A stretch of DNA of 63,651 nucleotides, taken from the NCBI GenBank assembly GCA_030681555.1, contig JAUXRW010000038.1:1-63651 (forward strand). Reading direction: 5' to 3'. Numbering within the stretch: position 1 is the stretch's first letter; each line of letters begins with the position of its first letter. The notes below the pieces were generated by a model. The model did no database searches. It was not told where the DNA came from and worked only from the letters and a program-made list of their open reading frames with translations. The stretch is from Acidimicrobiales bacterium. Lineage in GTDB: Bacteria; Actinomycetota; Acidimicrobiia; Acidimicrobiales; VFJN01. The position numbers were made by a program, and so were the translations under genes. Shown piece by piece: positions 9,909 to 19,248 of this stretch.

Positions 9909-11049
9909 GTCCGAGGTCGTCATCGTCGGGGTCGGCATCCACCCCTTCGGTCGCCACGAAGGCCTGTCGGGCCTCGAGCAGGGGGCCATCGCGGCCCAGG
10001 CGGCGCTCGCCGACGCCGGGTGTGCGTGGCCTGACATCGACGTCGCCTACGGAGGCAGCGTGGCATCTGGCGCTGCCGATTCGCTCGTCAGCATCCTCGG
10101 CCTGACCGGGGTGCCCTTCGTCAACGTCGCGAACGGGTGCGCGACCGGCGGCAGTTCCCTGATGGCGGCCTTCGACGCCCTTCGATCGCGCCAGTGCGAT
10201 CTCGGGCTCGTGGTCGGCTTCGACAAGCACCCCCGTGGCGCGTTCAATGCAGATCCGGCCCTGCTCGGCCTACCCGACTGGTACGCCGAGGCGGGGATGA
10301 TGCTCACCACCCAGTTCTTCGGTATGAAGTTGCGACGCTACATGCACGACTTCGGCATCACCGAGGACGCGCTGGCCCGTGTGGCGGCCAAGGCCTTCCG
10401 CAACGGGGAGCGCAACCCGAACGCCTGGCGTCGCAAGCCGATCACCGAGGAGGAGATTCGCAACTCCTTCGTCATCGCTGACCCCCTCACCCAGTACATG
10501 TTCTGCGCCCCCGCCGAGGGAGCGGTGGCGTTGGTCGTGGCCCGGGCCGAGTCAGCGCCGGCAGGGAGCCGACCGGTCACCCTCCGCTCCGCTGTGCTTG
10601 CGTCGCGCCGTCACGGGACCTTCGAGGTCTTCAGCCCCAGCCTGTCGAGCACCCGCGCGCCGAGCCCCTCGGTGTTCGCGGCGCAGGGGGCGCTCGAGAT
10701 GGCCGGGGTGTCGGTCTCCGAGATCGATGTGGCGCAGATCCAGGACACCGAGAGCGGAGCGGAGATCATGCACATGGCCGAGACGGGACTGTGCGCGGAC
10801 GGCGACCAGGAAGCGCTGATCATGAGCGGGGCCACCGAGGTCGATGGCAGCCTTCCCGTGAACACCGACGGCGGTTGCCTGGCCAACGGAGAGCCCATCG
10901 GCGCGTCGGGTTTGCGCCAGATCCACGAGAACGTGGTGCAGCTGCGCGGCGACGCAGGTGAGCGCCAGGTCCCTGGCGAGCCGCGGGTCGCGCTCTCGCA
11001 CGTCTACGGCGCTCCAGGGATCAGCGCCTGCACCGTCATCACTGCCTGA
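9901..11049 (+). CDS. SCP2-type thiolase-family protein
   Basis: IVGVGIHPFGR, NVANGCATG, QDTE, NTDGGCLANGEPIGASG. Confidence 0.9.
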   Translation: MPESEVVIVGVGIHPFGRHEGLSGLEQGAIAAQAALADAGCAWPDIDVAYGGSVASGAADSLVSILGLTGVPFVNVANGCATGGSSLMAAFDALRSRQCDLGLVVGFDKHPRGAFNADPALLGLPDWYAEAGMMLTTQFFGMKLRRYMHDFGITEDALARVAAKAFRNGERNPNAWRRKPITEEEIRNSFVIADPLTQYMFCAPAEGAVALVVARAESAPAGSRPVTLRSAVLASRRHGTFEVFSPSLSSTRAPSPSVFAAQGALEMAGVSVSEIDVAQIQDTESGAEIMHMAETGLCADGDQEALIMSGATEVDGSLPVNTDGGCLANGEPIGASGLRQIHENVVQLRGDAGERQVPGEPRVALSHVYGAPGISACTVITA

Positions 11050-11089
11050 TCGCACCTGCGGTCAGCGCCACGAGAGGGAAGGACATGCC

Positions 11090-11827
11090 ATGGAGTTGTC
11101 GGGGAAGGTGGCCGTGGACCCCGGGGCGGGGTCGGGCATCGGCCGGGCGTCGGCCTCGCTGCTGGCCAGCAAGGGCGTGAAGGTCGTGGTGGCGGACATC
11201 GACGAGGACGGGGGCCGCGAGACGGTCGCCACCATCGTGGGCCAAGGCGGGGACGCCCACTTCGTCTTCGTCGACGTGACCGACCCTGGCTCGGTCACAT
11301 CGCTCTACGCCGCGGCCGTCGAGCACTACGGTGGCCTCGACATCAGCCACAACAACGCCGGCATCGTGGCCGGCAACCCCCCCTGGCCGGAGACCCCCAT
11401 GGAGCGGCTCATGCAGCTCGCCATGGTGAACCTGGGCGGCGTCATGCCCTGCACCCGTGCGGCGGTGGACCACCTCCGCAACCGAGGTGGCGGAGCCATC
11501 GTCAACACTGCGTCCATCGCGGCCCAGTTCCCCATGGCCGACGACGCGGCCTACTCGGCCACCAAGGCTGGCGTGGCCATGTTCACGCAGGCGTGTGCCG
11601 CGCTGAAGGACCGCGACGGGATCCGGGTGAACGCGGTGCTCCCGGGTCTCGTCGACACGCCGATCATCAACAAGACTGGCGACGGCACCAAGCCGGCCGA
11701 CTGGCTGGTCGCTGCGCTGGAGGTGGTGCCCCCCCTCAAGCCCGAGGAGGTCGCCGAAGCGGTGCTCGAGCTCATCGTTGACGACAACGCCTACTCCCAG
11801 CTGAAGCCAGTGATGGCCGGGCTGTGA
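11090..11827 (+). CDS. Short-chain dehydrogenase/reductase
   Basis: GAGSGIG, NNAG, YSATK, NAVLPG. Confidence 0.9.
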   Translation: MELSGKVAVDPGAGSGIGRASASLLASKGVKVVVADIDEDGGRETVATIVGQGGDAHFVFVDVTDPGSVTSLYAAAVEHYGGLDISHNNAGIVAGNPPWPETPMERLMQLAMVNLGGVMPCTRAAVDHLRNRGGGAIVNTASIAAQFPMADDAAYSATKAGVAMFTQACAALKDRDGIRVNAVLPGLVDTPIINKTGDGTKPADWLVAALEVVPPLKPEEVAEAVLELIVDDNAYSQLKPVMAGL

Positions 11828-11860
11828 CCGACCACCTGATCACCGAAAGGACGCCCGCAC

Positions 11861-12847
11861 ATGGCTGACGACGCCACGCTCGACCCCGCGGTCCACCGCG
11901 GCCTCTACCGGACGATGAGCCTGATCAAGCAGTGCGACGACCGGTTCCGCACCATGCTCTCCAGCGGCCAGATCTTCATCGTGTACTACTCGCCTCGCGG
12001 CCAGGAGGCCATCTCGGCCGGTGTCGGAGCCCACCTCCGCCCGGACGACTCGGTGGTCACCACCTACCGCGGCCTGCACGACCACCTGGCCAAGGGCGTC
12101 GACCTGCGGGGGCTCTGGGCCGAGTTCCTCGGCAAGTCCACCGGTCTGTGCAAGGGCAAGGGCGGCCCCATGCACATCACCTCTCCCTCCGACGGGCTGA
12201 TGGTGACCACCGGGATCGTGGGCGCCGGCCTCCCCATCGCCAACGGTTTCGCCATGGCTGCCCAGCTCGACGGGTCGGACGCCGTCACGGTGGTGAACTT
12301 CGGCGACGGGGCGTCGAACATCGGCGCCTTCCATGAGGCGGTCAACCTGGCCGCGATCTGGAAGCTGCCGGTGGTGTTCGTCTGCCACAACAACCTCTAC
12401 GCGGAGCACACGGCCTTCGAGGCGGGCACCGCAGGCGGGTCGGTCGCCGGACGCGCCAGCGCCTACGGGATCGCCGGTCAGCGGGTGGACGGCAACGACC
12501 CTGTGGAGGTGTACCTGGCTGCTCAGGAGGCGGTCAGGCGCGCCCGTGCCGGCGAGGGGCCCACCATCGTCGAGTGCATGACCTACCGTTTCCACGGCCA
12601 CGTGGTCGGGGACGCGATGGAGTACCAGCCCCCGGACGAACGGGCCGCCGCCATGGCGGCTGACCCGGTCGATCGCTACCGAGCTCGGCTCGTCACCGAC
12701 GCGACCCTCACCGAGGCCGAGCTGGCCGACATCGACTCCACCATTGCGGCCGAGATCGACGACGCCGTGGAGTTCGCGCAGTCCAGCCCTGCCCCGGACC
12801 TGTCCGAGCTGTATACCGATGTCTACGCCGAGGGGGTCGCGCCGTGA
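11861..12847 (+). CDS. TPP-dependent dehydrogenase E1 alpha subunit (AcoA/PdhA-like)
   Basis: GQEA, GKGGPMH, GDGA...HNN TPP motif, TYRFHGH. Confidence 0.92.
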   Translation: MADDATLDPAVHRGLYRTMSLIKQCDDRFRTMLSSGQIFIVYYSPRGQEAISAGVGAHLRPDDSVVTTYRGLHDHLAKGVDLRGLWAEFLGKSTGLCKGKGGPMHITSPSDGLMVTTGIVGAGLPIANGFAMAAQLDGSDAVTVVNFGDGASNIGAFHEAVNLAAIWKLPVVFVCHNNLYAEHTAFEAGTAGGSVAGRASAYGIAGQRVDGNDPVEVYLAAQEAVRRARAGEGPTIVECMTYRFHGHVVGDAMEYQPPDERAAAMAADPVDRYRARLVTDATLTEAELADIDSTIAAEIDDAVEFAQSSPAPDLSELYTDVYAEGVAP

Positions 12848-13839
12848 CCGCCACGGAGACCACCCGAGTCATGATGGTGCGTGAGGCCATCAACGACGCG
12901 CTCGATCGAGCGCTCGCCTCCGACGACAAGGTGGTGCTGCTCGGGGAGGACATCGCAGACCCTGGTGGTGGGGTGTACGGCATCACCAAGGGCCTGTCCA
13001 CGAAGTACGGTCTCGACCGTGTGCGGCCCACGCCGATCTCGGAGCAGGCCATCGTGGGCGCGGCAATCGGCGCTGCCGTAGCCGGGTATCGGCCGGTGGC
13101 GGAGATCATGATCATGGACTTCTTCGGGGTCTGCCTCGATCAGGTGGCGAACCACGCCGCCAAGCTCCGATACATGTCCGGCGGCCAGACCACCGTCCCG
13201 CTCACCATCCGCTGCTCAGCCGGGGCTGCGATGTCCCTGGGCGCCCAGCACTCGCAGATGCTCGAGGCCTGGCTGGTCCACACTCCCGGCCTGAAGGTGT
13301 GCATCCCGAGCAACTCGGCTGACGCCAAGGGGATGCTCACCACCTGCATCTTCGACGACGATCCTTGCGTCTTCGTCGAGCAGGTCATGGGCTACTTCAA
13401 TGGCTCGGAGTGCCCCGAGGGGGAGCACCGAGTGCCGATCGGTGAGGCCGCCATCCGGCGTGAAGGCGACGCCATCACCCTCGTGAGCTACGGCCGCCAG
13501 ATGAACGACGTTCTGACGGCGGCCGATCAGCTCGCAGCTGACGGGATCGACGCGGAGGTCATCGACCTGCGCTGGCTGCAGCCGCTCGACACTGCGACGA
13601 TCCTGGCCTCTGTTCGTAAGACAGGTCGGCTGGCCATCCTGCACGAGGCCGTCAAGCGGGGAGGTGTCGGGGCGGAGATCGCAGCGGTCGTCGCAGAGGA
13701 GGCCTTCGACTCGCTCCGGGCACCCGTGGTGCGCATCGCCGGCAAGAACACCCCCGTCCCCTACGCACGGGAGCTCGAGGCGGCGTTCCTGCCCACGGTG
13801 GGCGATCTCGTGGCTGCAGCCAGGGCCCTGGTGAGCTGA
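12844..13839 (+). CDS. TPP-dependent dehydrogenase E1 beta subunit
   Basis: LGEDI, TPISEQAIVG, EIM..DF, QHSQ, EVIDLR. Confidence 0.93.
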   Translation: MTATETTRVMMVREAINDALDRALASDDKVVLLGEDIADPGGGVYGITKGLSTKYGLDRVRPTPISEQAIVGAAIGAAVAGYRPVAEIMIMDFFGVCLDQVANHAAKLRYMSGGQTTVPLTIRCSAGAAMSLGAQHSQMLEAWLVHTPGLKVCIPSNSADAKGMLTTCIFDDDPCVFVEQVMGYFNGSECPEGEHRVPIGEAAIRREGDAITLVSYGRQMNDVLTAADQLAADGIDAEVIDLRWLQPLDTATILASVRKTGRLAILHEAVKRGGVGAEIAAVVAEEAFDSLRAPVVRIAGKNTPVPYARELEAAFLPTVGDLVAAARALVS

Positions 13840-13841
13840 GG

Positions 13842-14072
13842 GTGAAGATCAACGTGCCCCGCCTGGGGTTCTCGATGACCGAAGGCACCCTCGTCGAGTG
13901 GGTGGTCCCCGACGGCGGGCAAGCCGTCGCTGGGGAGGTGTTGTACATCCTCGAGTCCGAGAAGGTCGAGAACGAGGTCGCGGCGCCCCTCACGGGCACG
14001 CTGCGCCACATCGCGGCGCCTGGCGACACGCTCGACGTCGGCGCGCCACTGGGCGAGATCGAGCCGGCCTGA
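13842..14072 (+). CDS. Stand-alone lipoyl-carrier domain
   Basis: 76 aa; PRLGFSMTEG...LESEKVENEV with the lipoyl Lys; stop codon directly after the domain. Confidence 0.88.
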   Translation: MKINVPRLGFSMTEGTLVEWVVPDGGQAVAGEVLYILESEKVENEVAAPLTGTLRHIAAPGDTLDVGAPLGEIEPA

Positions 14073-14150
14073 CGGTCCGGAGCGCGCGACGCAGTCTCCG
14101 CTCCCCCCGGAGAGCCAGATGGGTGGCGAGCCCGACGGGCCGCCACCCAT

Positions 14151-15011
14151 CTACGCGTCGGGACCCTCCGTGGGCGGACGCTGCCTGCGCTGCCGGACCA
14201 GACCAGAGGGATCGATCGGCAGATCGAAGCGCTCGCGGTTGTGGGAGTGGGCAAGGGAGTGCAGCCCGAACGCGCCCCGCATCGCGGTCCAGAAGCCCTG
14301 CGCCTCGAGGGCCTGGTTCACCGACTCCTTGGCCAGCTTGAGCGCAAACGAGGGCTTGGTCGCGATGCGCTCGGCCAGCACCAGGGCCTCGGTGTCCAGA
14401 TCGTCCCGGGACGGGACGACCCGGTTGACCATGCCGAGCTGCTGCGCCTCGGCGGCCGTGATCGCGTCGCCGGTGAAGAGGAGCTCCTTCGCCTTGCGAG
14501 CACCGAGCTCCCACGGGTGGGCGAAGTACTCGACTCCGTTGACGCCGAGGGCGACGGTGATATCGCTGAAGGTGGCTTCGGCGCTGGCGATGACCAGGTC
14601 GCAGACCCAGATCAACATCAGTGCGCCGGCGATGGAACGGCCGTGCACGGCGGCGATCGTGGGTTTCGGCAGGTTGCGCCAGCGCCAACACATGTTGAGA
14701 TAGACCTCCTCCTCCCAGGCCATGAATCCCTCCGCTCCTGGCCGGTCGAACGATGCCGACGTGCCCACGACGGCGTGGGTCTCGCCCATGGTTTGATCGG
14801 CGAGATCATGCCCGGAGCAGAAGTCGGGCCCGCGCCCGGCGAGGATGACGACCTTCACGGCGTCGTCCTGGGCCGCTCGGTCGAAGGCGGTGTTGAGCTC
14901 GTAGGTCATGCGCCGGCTCTGCGCGTTCCTGCGCTCCGGACGGTCGAGCACGATGCGTGCCACCCCCGGCGCGGGCTCTTCGTAGGCGATGGTTGTGAAC
15001 GTGGTGGACAC
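14151..15011 (-). CDS. Enoyl-CoA hydratase/isomerase (EchA13-like)
   Basis: LDRPERRNAQ, FCSGHDL, PKPTIAAVHG, AGALML..VCDL. Confidence 0.92.
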   Translation of the reverse strand: MSTTFTTIAYEEPAPGVARIVLDRPERRNAQSRRMTYELNTAFDRAAQDDAVKVVILAGRGPDFCSGHDLADQTMGETHAVVGTSASFDRPGAEGFMAWEEEVYLNMCWRWRNLPKPTIAAVHGRSIAGALMLIWVCDLVIASAEATFSDITVALGVNGVEYFAHPWELGARKAKELLFTGDAITAAEAQQLGMVNRVVPSRDDLDTEALVLAERIATKPSFALKLAKESVNQALEAQGFWTAMRGAFGLHSLAHSHNRERFDLPIDPSGLVRQRRQRPPTEGPDA

Positions 15012-15036
15012 GGGTCCTCATCGGGGTGGGAGGCGG

Positions 15037-15066
15037 TTGGACAGTTTCTAACTGATTGACTAGAAT
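15037..15066 (+). promoter_or_regulatory. Putative promoter with operator-like motif in the spacer
   Basis: TTGGAC-18 nt-TAGAAT; spacer contains ACTGATTGAC. Confidence 0.5.
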
Positions 15067-15135
15067 GTCACTTCGCTACGGTGCGCGGACCACAACTTCG
15101 GTGGTCTGCCACGAGACCTTACGACGGGGGCAAGG

Positions 15136-16359
15136 ATGCAGATCGAGGTGTTCCGGGAGGAGGCCGTCCGGTGGCTGAAGACCACCGCGGTACCGCGCGC
15201 CGACATCGCGGGGGACGCTCCGCTCGTGTGGGGGGCCGGCAGCGATTCGGTCGCCGTGTTCGAGAACACCACCGAGGAGGAGGAGCGACTCCAGGCCGAG
15301 CGGATCTCCGACTGGCAGAGCACCAAGTTCGACGCCGGGTACGGCGCCATCGCCTGGCCCACCGAACTCGGCGGCCGAGGGCTGACCCCCGCCCACGAGG
15401 CCGCCTTCCGGGCGGAGGAGGCGAAGTTCGAGACTCCGGGCTTCAACGAGCTGTTCGGCGTGACGATCGGCCTCGTGGCTCCCACCATCGGCATCTTCGG
15501 CACTCCGGAGCAGCAGCAGCGGTTCATCCCGTCGCTCCTGCGCACCGACCTCCTCGCCTGCCAGCTCTTCAGCGAGCCCGGTGCGGGCAGCGACCTGGCG
15601 TCGTTGTCGTGCCGGGCCGAGCGTGACGGCGACGGGTGGCGCATCACCGGGCAGAAGGTATGGACCTCCGGAGCCAGGGTGGCCCACTACGGCGAGGCCA
15701 TCTGTCGCACCGACCCCAGTGCCCCCAAGCACCATGGCATGACCGCCTTCCTCGTGCCCCTCGACGCGCCTGGCGTCGAGGTGCGGCCCATCCGCCAGAT
15801 GACCGGTGGGTCCACCTTCAACGAGGTGTTCCTCGAGGACGTGCTCGTGCCCGACGACCTCCGACTGGGAGCCCCCGGCGACGGGTGGAAGGTCGCGCTC
15901 ACCACGTTGGGCTTCGAGCGAGGGCTCTCCAGCGCGGGTGGTGGCGGGCTCGGCGGGTCCTTCCGACGGCTCCACGCCCTCTCCCGGCAGCTCGACCGCA
16001 CCACCGAGCCCGTGACCCGCCAGCAGCTGGCGAAGCTCTACATCGGCGAGCGGCTCCTCTCGATGCTCGGCCAGCGGGCCCGTGCCGCCATGGAGGCGGG
16101 AGGGCCACCGGGGCCGGAGGGCTCGGTGGGCAAGCTGCTCTGGACGCAGAACATGAGCCGCACGAGCGACCTGGCCTCTACCCTCCTCGGCCCCCGCCTC
16201 GGGGCGGACACCGGCGAGTGGGGCACCTTCGCCTGGGCGGAGCACCTGCTGGGTGCCCCCGGGTACCGGATCGCCGGCGGGAGTGACGAGATCCAGCGCA
16301 ACATCATCGGCGAGCGGGTTCTCGGCCTGCCCCGGGAGCCGAGGCCCGCCGCTCCATGA
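15136..16359 (+). CDS. Acyl-CoA dehydrogenase (FadE-type)
   Basis: CQLFSEPGAGSDLA, GQKVWTS, FNEVF, GGSDEIQRNIIGERVLGLPREP. Confidence 0.94.
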   Translation: MQIEVFREEAVRWLKTTAVPRADIAGDAPLVWGAGSDSVAVFENTTEEEERLQAERISDWQSTKFDAGYGAIAWPTELGGRGLTPAHEAAFRAEEAKFETPGFNELFGVTIGLVAPTIGIFGTPEQQQRFIPSLLRTDLLACQLFSEPGAGSDLASLSCRAERDGDGWRITGQKVWTSGARVAHYGEAICRTDPSAPKHHGMTAFLVPLDAPGVEVRPIRQMTGGSTFNEVFLEDVLVPDDLRLGAPGDGWKVALTTLGFERGLSSAGGGGLGGSFRRLHALSRQLDRTTEPVTRQQLAKLYIGERLLSMLGQRARAAMEAGGPPGPEGSVGKLLWTQNMSRTSDLASTLLGPRLGADTGEWGTFAWAEHLLGAPGYRIAGGSDEIQRNIIGERVLGLPREPRPAAP

Positions 16360-16378
16360 CCGTCACCCGGAGGTTTCC

Positions 16379-17917
16379 ATGTCGATCGTGACCCGCCGAG
16401 GTCGAGCCGACGACGAGCGCGCCGTCGCACTGGCCGACGCCACGCAGGAGCTCACCTGGGACGCCCTCGACCAGGTCCTCAACCGCATCGGCAACGCCCT
16501 GCTGACGGAGCTGAGCCCAGGCGCTGATCGCGTGGCCATCTTCGCGGAGAACGCCCTCGAGACGGTGGCCGCCCACCTCGGTGCCATCGGCGTAGGCGTG
16601 TCGTCCGTCCCCGTCAGCTTCCACCTCACCGAGGACGAGCTGGCCTACATCCTCAAGGACTCCGGGAGCCGGCTGCTGCTGGTCGGCCCCGAGACGGCGC
16701 CCCGCGGCGTGGCCGCAGCGCAGCAGGCTGGTATCACCGTCGTGGGCTGGCGGTGTGAGGGCCAGCCGGGGGTCGAGGACTGGGACGCGTGGCTCGCTCG
16801 CGCCGACGCCTCCGAGCCACCCACGGACGTGCCGCCGCGGCCCTTCCTCCACTACACCTCGGGCACCACGGGTTTGCCGAAGGGCACCGACACACCTCCG
16901 GCGATGTTCGCGGGGGGCGAGACGTTGGAGGAGCACTTCGACAACGTCGCGGCTACGAACCTCTTCACAGGCACCAACCTGATCGTCAGCCCCGTCTACC
17001 ACACGGGCCCCCTCTCCACGCTGCGAGCGCTCGCTGCCGGCACGCGACTGGTGGTGCTGGGCCGGTTCGACCCCGAGGGCGTCCTGCGGGCGATCGATCG
17101 CTACAAGGTGACCTCGACGGTGATGGTGCCCACCCACTTCGCCCGGCTCCTGAGCCTGCCCGAGGACGTGCGGAAGCGTTACGACCTCTCCAGCCTGGCC
17201 GTAGTGGCGCACACGGGGGCCTCGTGCCCCGTAGAGGTCAAGCGCCGGATGATCGACTGGTTCGGGCCCGTGTTGATCGAGGCCTATGGCGCCACCGAGT
17301 CAGGCACGACCAACATGATCACCTCTCCCGAGTGGCTCGAGCACCCGGGGTCGGTCGGTCGCACGCTCCCGCCCTTCGAGGTGGTGGTGGTGAGCGAGGA
17401 GGGGGAGGAGCTCCCGACCGGCGAGGTCGGGGTCCTCTACTTCCGCGACACGACCGGACGGGGCATCCGCTACCACAACGACCCGGAGAAGACGGCCAAG
17501 GCCCACCGCCGACCGGGCGAGTTCACCCTGGGCGACGTGGGCTACGTGGACCCCGACGGCTACGTGTACATCACCGACCGCACGTCCGACATGGTCATCT
17601 CGGGAGGGGTCAACATCTACCCGGCCGAGGCGGAGGCGGTGTTACTCGAGCATCCGGCCGTGGACGACGTGGCCTGCATCGGCGTACCCCACATCGAGAT
17701 GGGCGAGCAGCTGCAGGCCCTCGTCGTGCTGCGGGCCGGCGAGCCGGCCCCCACCGAAGCCGAGCTCATCGACTTCGCCCGAGGTCGGATCGCCCACTAC
17801 AAGTGCCCCCGCTCCGTCGACTTCGTCGAGGACCTGGGCCGCAACGCCATGGGCAAGCTGAACAAGCGCGCCCTGCGCGCCCCCTACTGGCCCAGCGACC
17901 GGACGATCGGCGGCTGA
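16379..17917 (+). CDS. Acyl-CoA synthetase (AMP-binding)
   Basis: YTSGTTGLPKG, YGATE, GDVGYVD, SGGVNIYP, GKL. Confidence 0.94.
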   Translation: MSIVTRRGRADDERAVALADATQELTWDALDQVLNRIGNALLTELSPGADRVAIFAENALETVAAHLGAIGVGVSSVPVSFHLTEDELAYILKDSGSRLLLVGPETAPRGVAAAQQAGITVVGWRCEGQPGVEDWDAWLARADASEPPTDVPPRPFLHYTSGTTGLPKGTDTPPAMFAGGETLEEHFDNVAATNLFTGTNLIVSPVYHTGPLSTLRALAAGTRLVVLGRFDPEGVLRAIDRYKVTSTVMVPTHFARLLSLPEDVRKRYDLSSLAVVAHTGASCPVEVKRRMIDWFGPVLIEAYGATESGTTNMITSPEWLEHPGSVGRTLPPFEVVVVSEEGEELPTGEVGVLYFRDTTGRGIRYHNDPEKTAKAHRRPGEFTLGDVGYVDPDGYVYITDRTSDMVISGGVNIYPAEAEAVLLEHPAVDDVACIGVPHIEMGEQLQALVVLRAGEPAPTEAELIDFARGRIAHYKCPRSVDFVEDLGRNAMGKLNKRALRAPYWPSDRTIGG

Positions 17918-17922
17918 CCAGG

Positions 17923-19233
17923 ATGGATCGATGGCGTGGCGCGCTCTCGAGGTTCCGCGTGTCCGCGCGGACCCTCCTGCTCGCGGCCACGACGGCCTTC
18001 GGCGTGGCCGCTGCGGTCGCGATCCTGCGCGTGACCGAGGTGTCCGAACCCCGGCTCACCCTGCCCGTGGAGCGGCCCGCTCGAACCCGGCCAACGGCGA
18101 TGCGGCAGACCACGGTCACCACCGGGCAGGGCGCCCCCACCACCCAGCTCTCCGACACCACTGCGTCGTCGCCGCCGGGTGGTGGAACGACCATCTCGGC
18201 CGGCCTCGCCTACCGCTGGTCACCGATCGCAGGGGTGGACGAATTCAGCGCGCCAGACGCGGGAGGCGGGCTGACCGCAGTCGCCGCCGTCGAGGGCGAG
18301 GGTCTGATCGCGGTAGGCGGCTCGCGCGACGCCCCGCTGGTCCTCGTGTCACCCGACGGGCTCGGTTGGTCCCGGGTCGATGCCGCGGAGGAGGATCTCC
18401 AGGGTGCCGCCCTGCGGGACGTCGCCGTGGTCGACGGTCGCCTCGTGGCCGTCGGATCACTGCGGGGCGCCCCCGCCGCCTGGACGTCGCTCGACGCCGT
18501 GCAGTGGAGCCGGGTGCCCGTGACCGACCCGGCCAACGAGCTGGGCGTCGGCCTGCTCGAGGCCCTGGCCCAGTCGCCTGACGGGTCGGTGTTCGCCGTG
18601 GGGTTCAGTCCCGGCAGCGCCGGCATCTGGGCCCTTCACGACGGTCGATTCGAGCCAGAGTCGTCCGCGAGGACACCGAGCGTCGGCCAGGTGCTCTCCG
18701 ATGTCGTCTCCACCTCGAAGGGTGTCGTCGCGGCCGGGAACGATGCTGAAGGCCAGCCCATCGCCCTCCGGTCGACGGGTGAGGGCACCTGGTCCACTGC
18801 GGTGCTCCCCGCCGAAGGTGGCCGTGCCTCGGTCGCCGCGCTGGGAGAGATCGGCGACGTCGTGGTCGCCGTGGGCTACGGCGTCCCGGGCCCGCTGGTT
18901 TGGTCGTCGGCAGACGCGCAGAGCTGGTCGGCCGTGACCGCCCCGACGACGTCCCCCGGCCGCCCCGCCGGGCTCTACGCGGTGGCACCGGGACCGGGTG
19001 GCGCGCTGGCCGGCGGTCAACGTCCCGGGGGACCGCTGTGCTCGTCCTCGACCGATGGAACGTCATGGTCCGAATGCGACGGCGAGGACGGGCTGCGGAC
19101 GGCGGCCGTGAGAGATCTTCTCGCCGTAGGCGCGGGTTTCGTCGCCGTCGGTACCTCGACGCCAGAGGACGGCCAGGCAGGTCCGGCCATATGGCACGTC
19201 GAACGTGAACCACGAGCAGCGCAGGCGCGCTGA
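17923..19233 (+). CDS. Exported beta-propeller-like protein with Asp-box-like repeats
   Basis: N-terminal hydrophobic helix, Thr/Pro linker, about 7 repeats of the form VAVG...WxSxDGxxW. Confidence 0.7.
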   Translation: MDRWRGALSRFRVSARTLLLAATTAFGVAAAVAILRVTEVSEPRLTLPVERPARTRPTAMRQTTVTTGQGAPTTQLSDTTASSPPGGGTTISAGLAYRWSPIAGVDEFSAPDAGGGLTAVAAVEGEGLIAVGGSRDAPLVLVSPDGLGWSRVDAAEEDLQGAALRDVAVVDGRLVAVGSLRGAPAAWTSLDAVQWSRVPVTDPANELGVGLLEALAQSPDGSVFAVGFSPGSAGIWALHDGRFEPESSARTPSVGQVLSDVVSTSKGVVAAGNDAEGQPIALRSTGEGTWSTAVLPAEGGRASVAALGEIGDVVVAVGYGVPGPLVWSSADAQSWSAVTAPTTSPGRPAGLYAVAPGPGGALAGGQRPGGPLCSSSTDGTSWSECDGEDGLRTAAVRDLLAVGAGFVAVGTSTPEDGQAGPAIWHVEREPRAAQAR

Positions 19234-19248
19234 AGGGGGAAGCAGAGA

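Noticed and set aside
16789-17922. 5' half of the 814-aa ORF 16789-19233
   Set aside because: Overlaps the CoA ligase in another frame and is Arg/Gly/Pro-rich noise; the plausible start is ATG 17923
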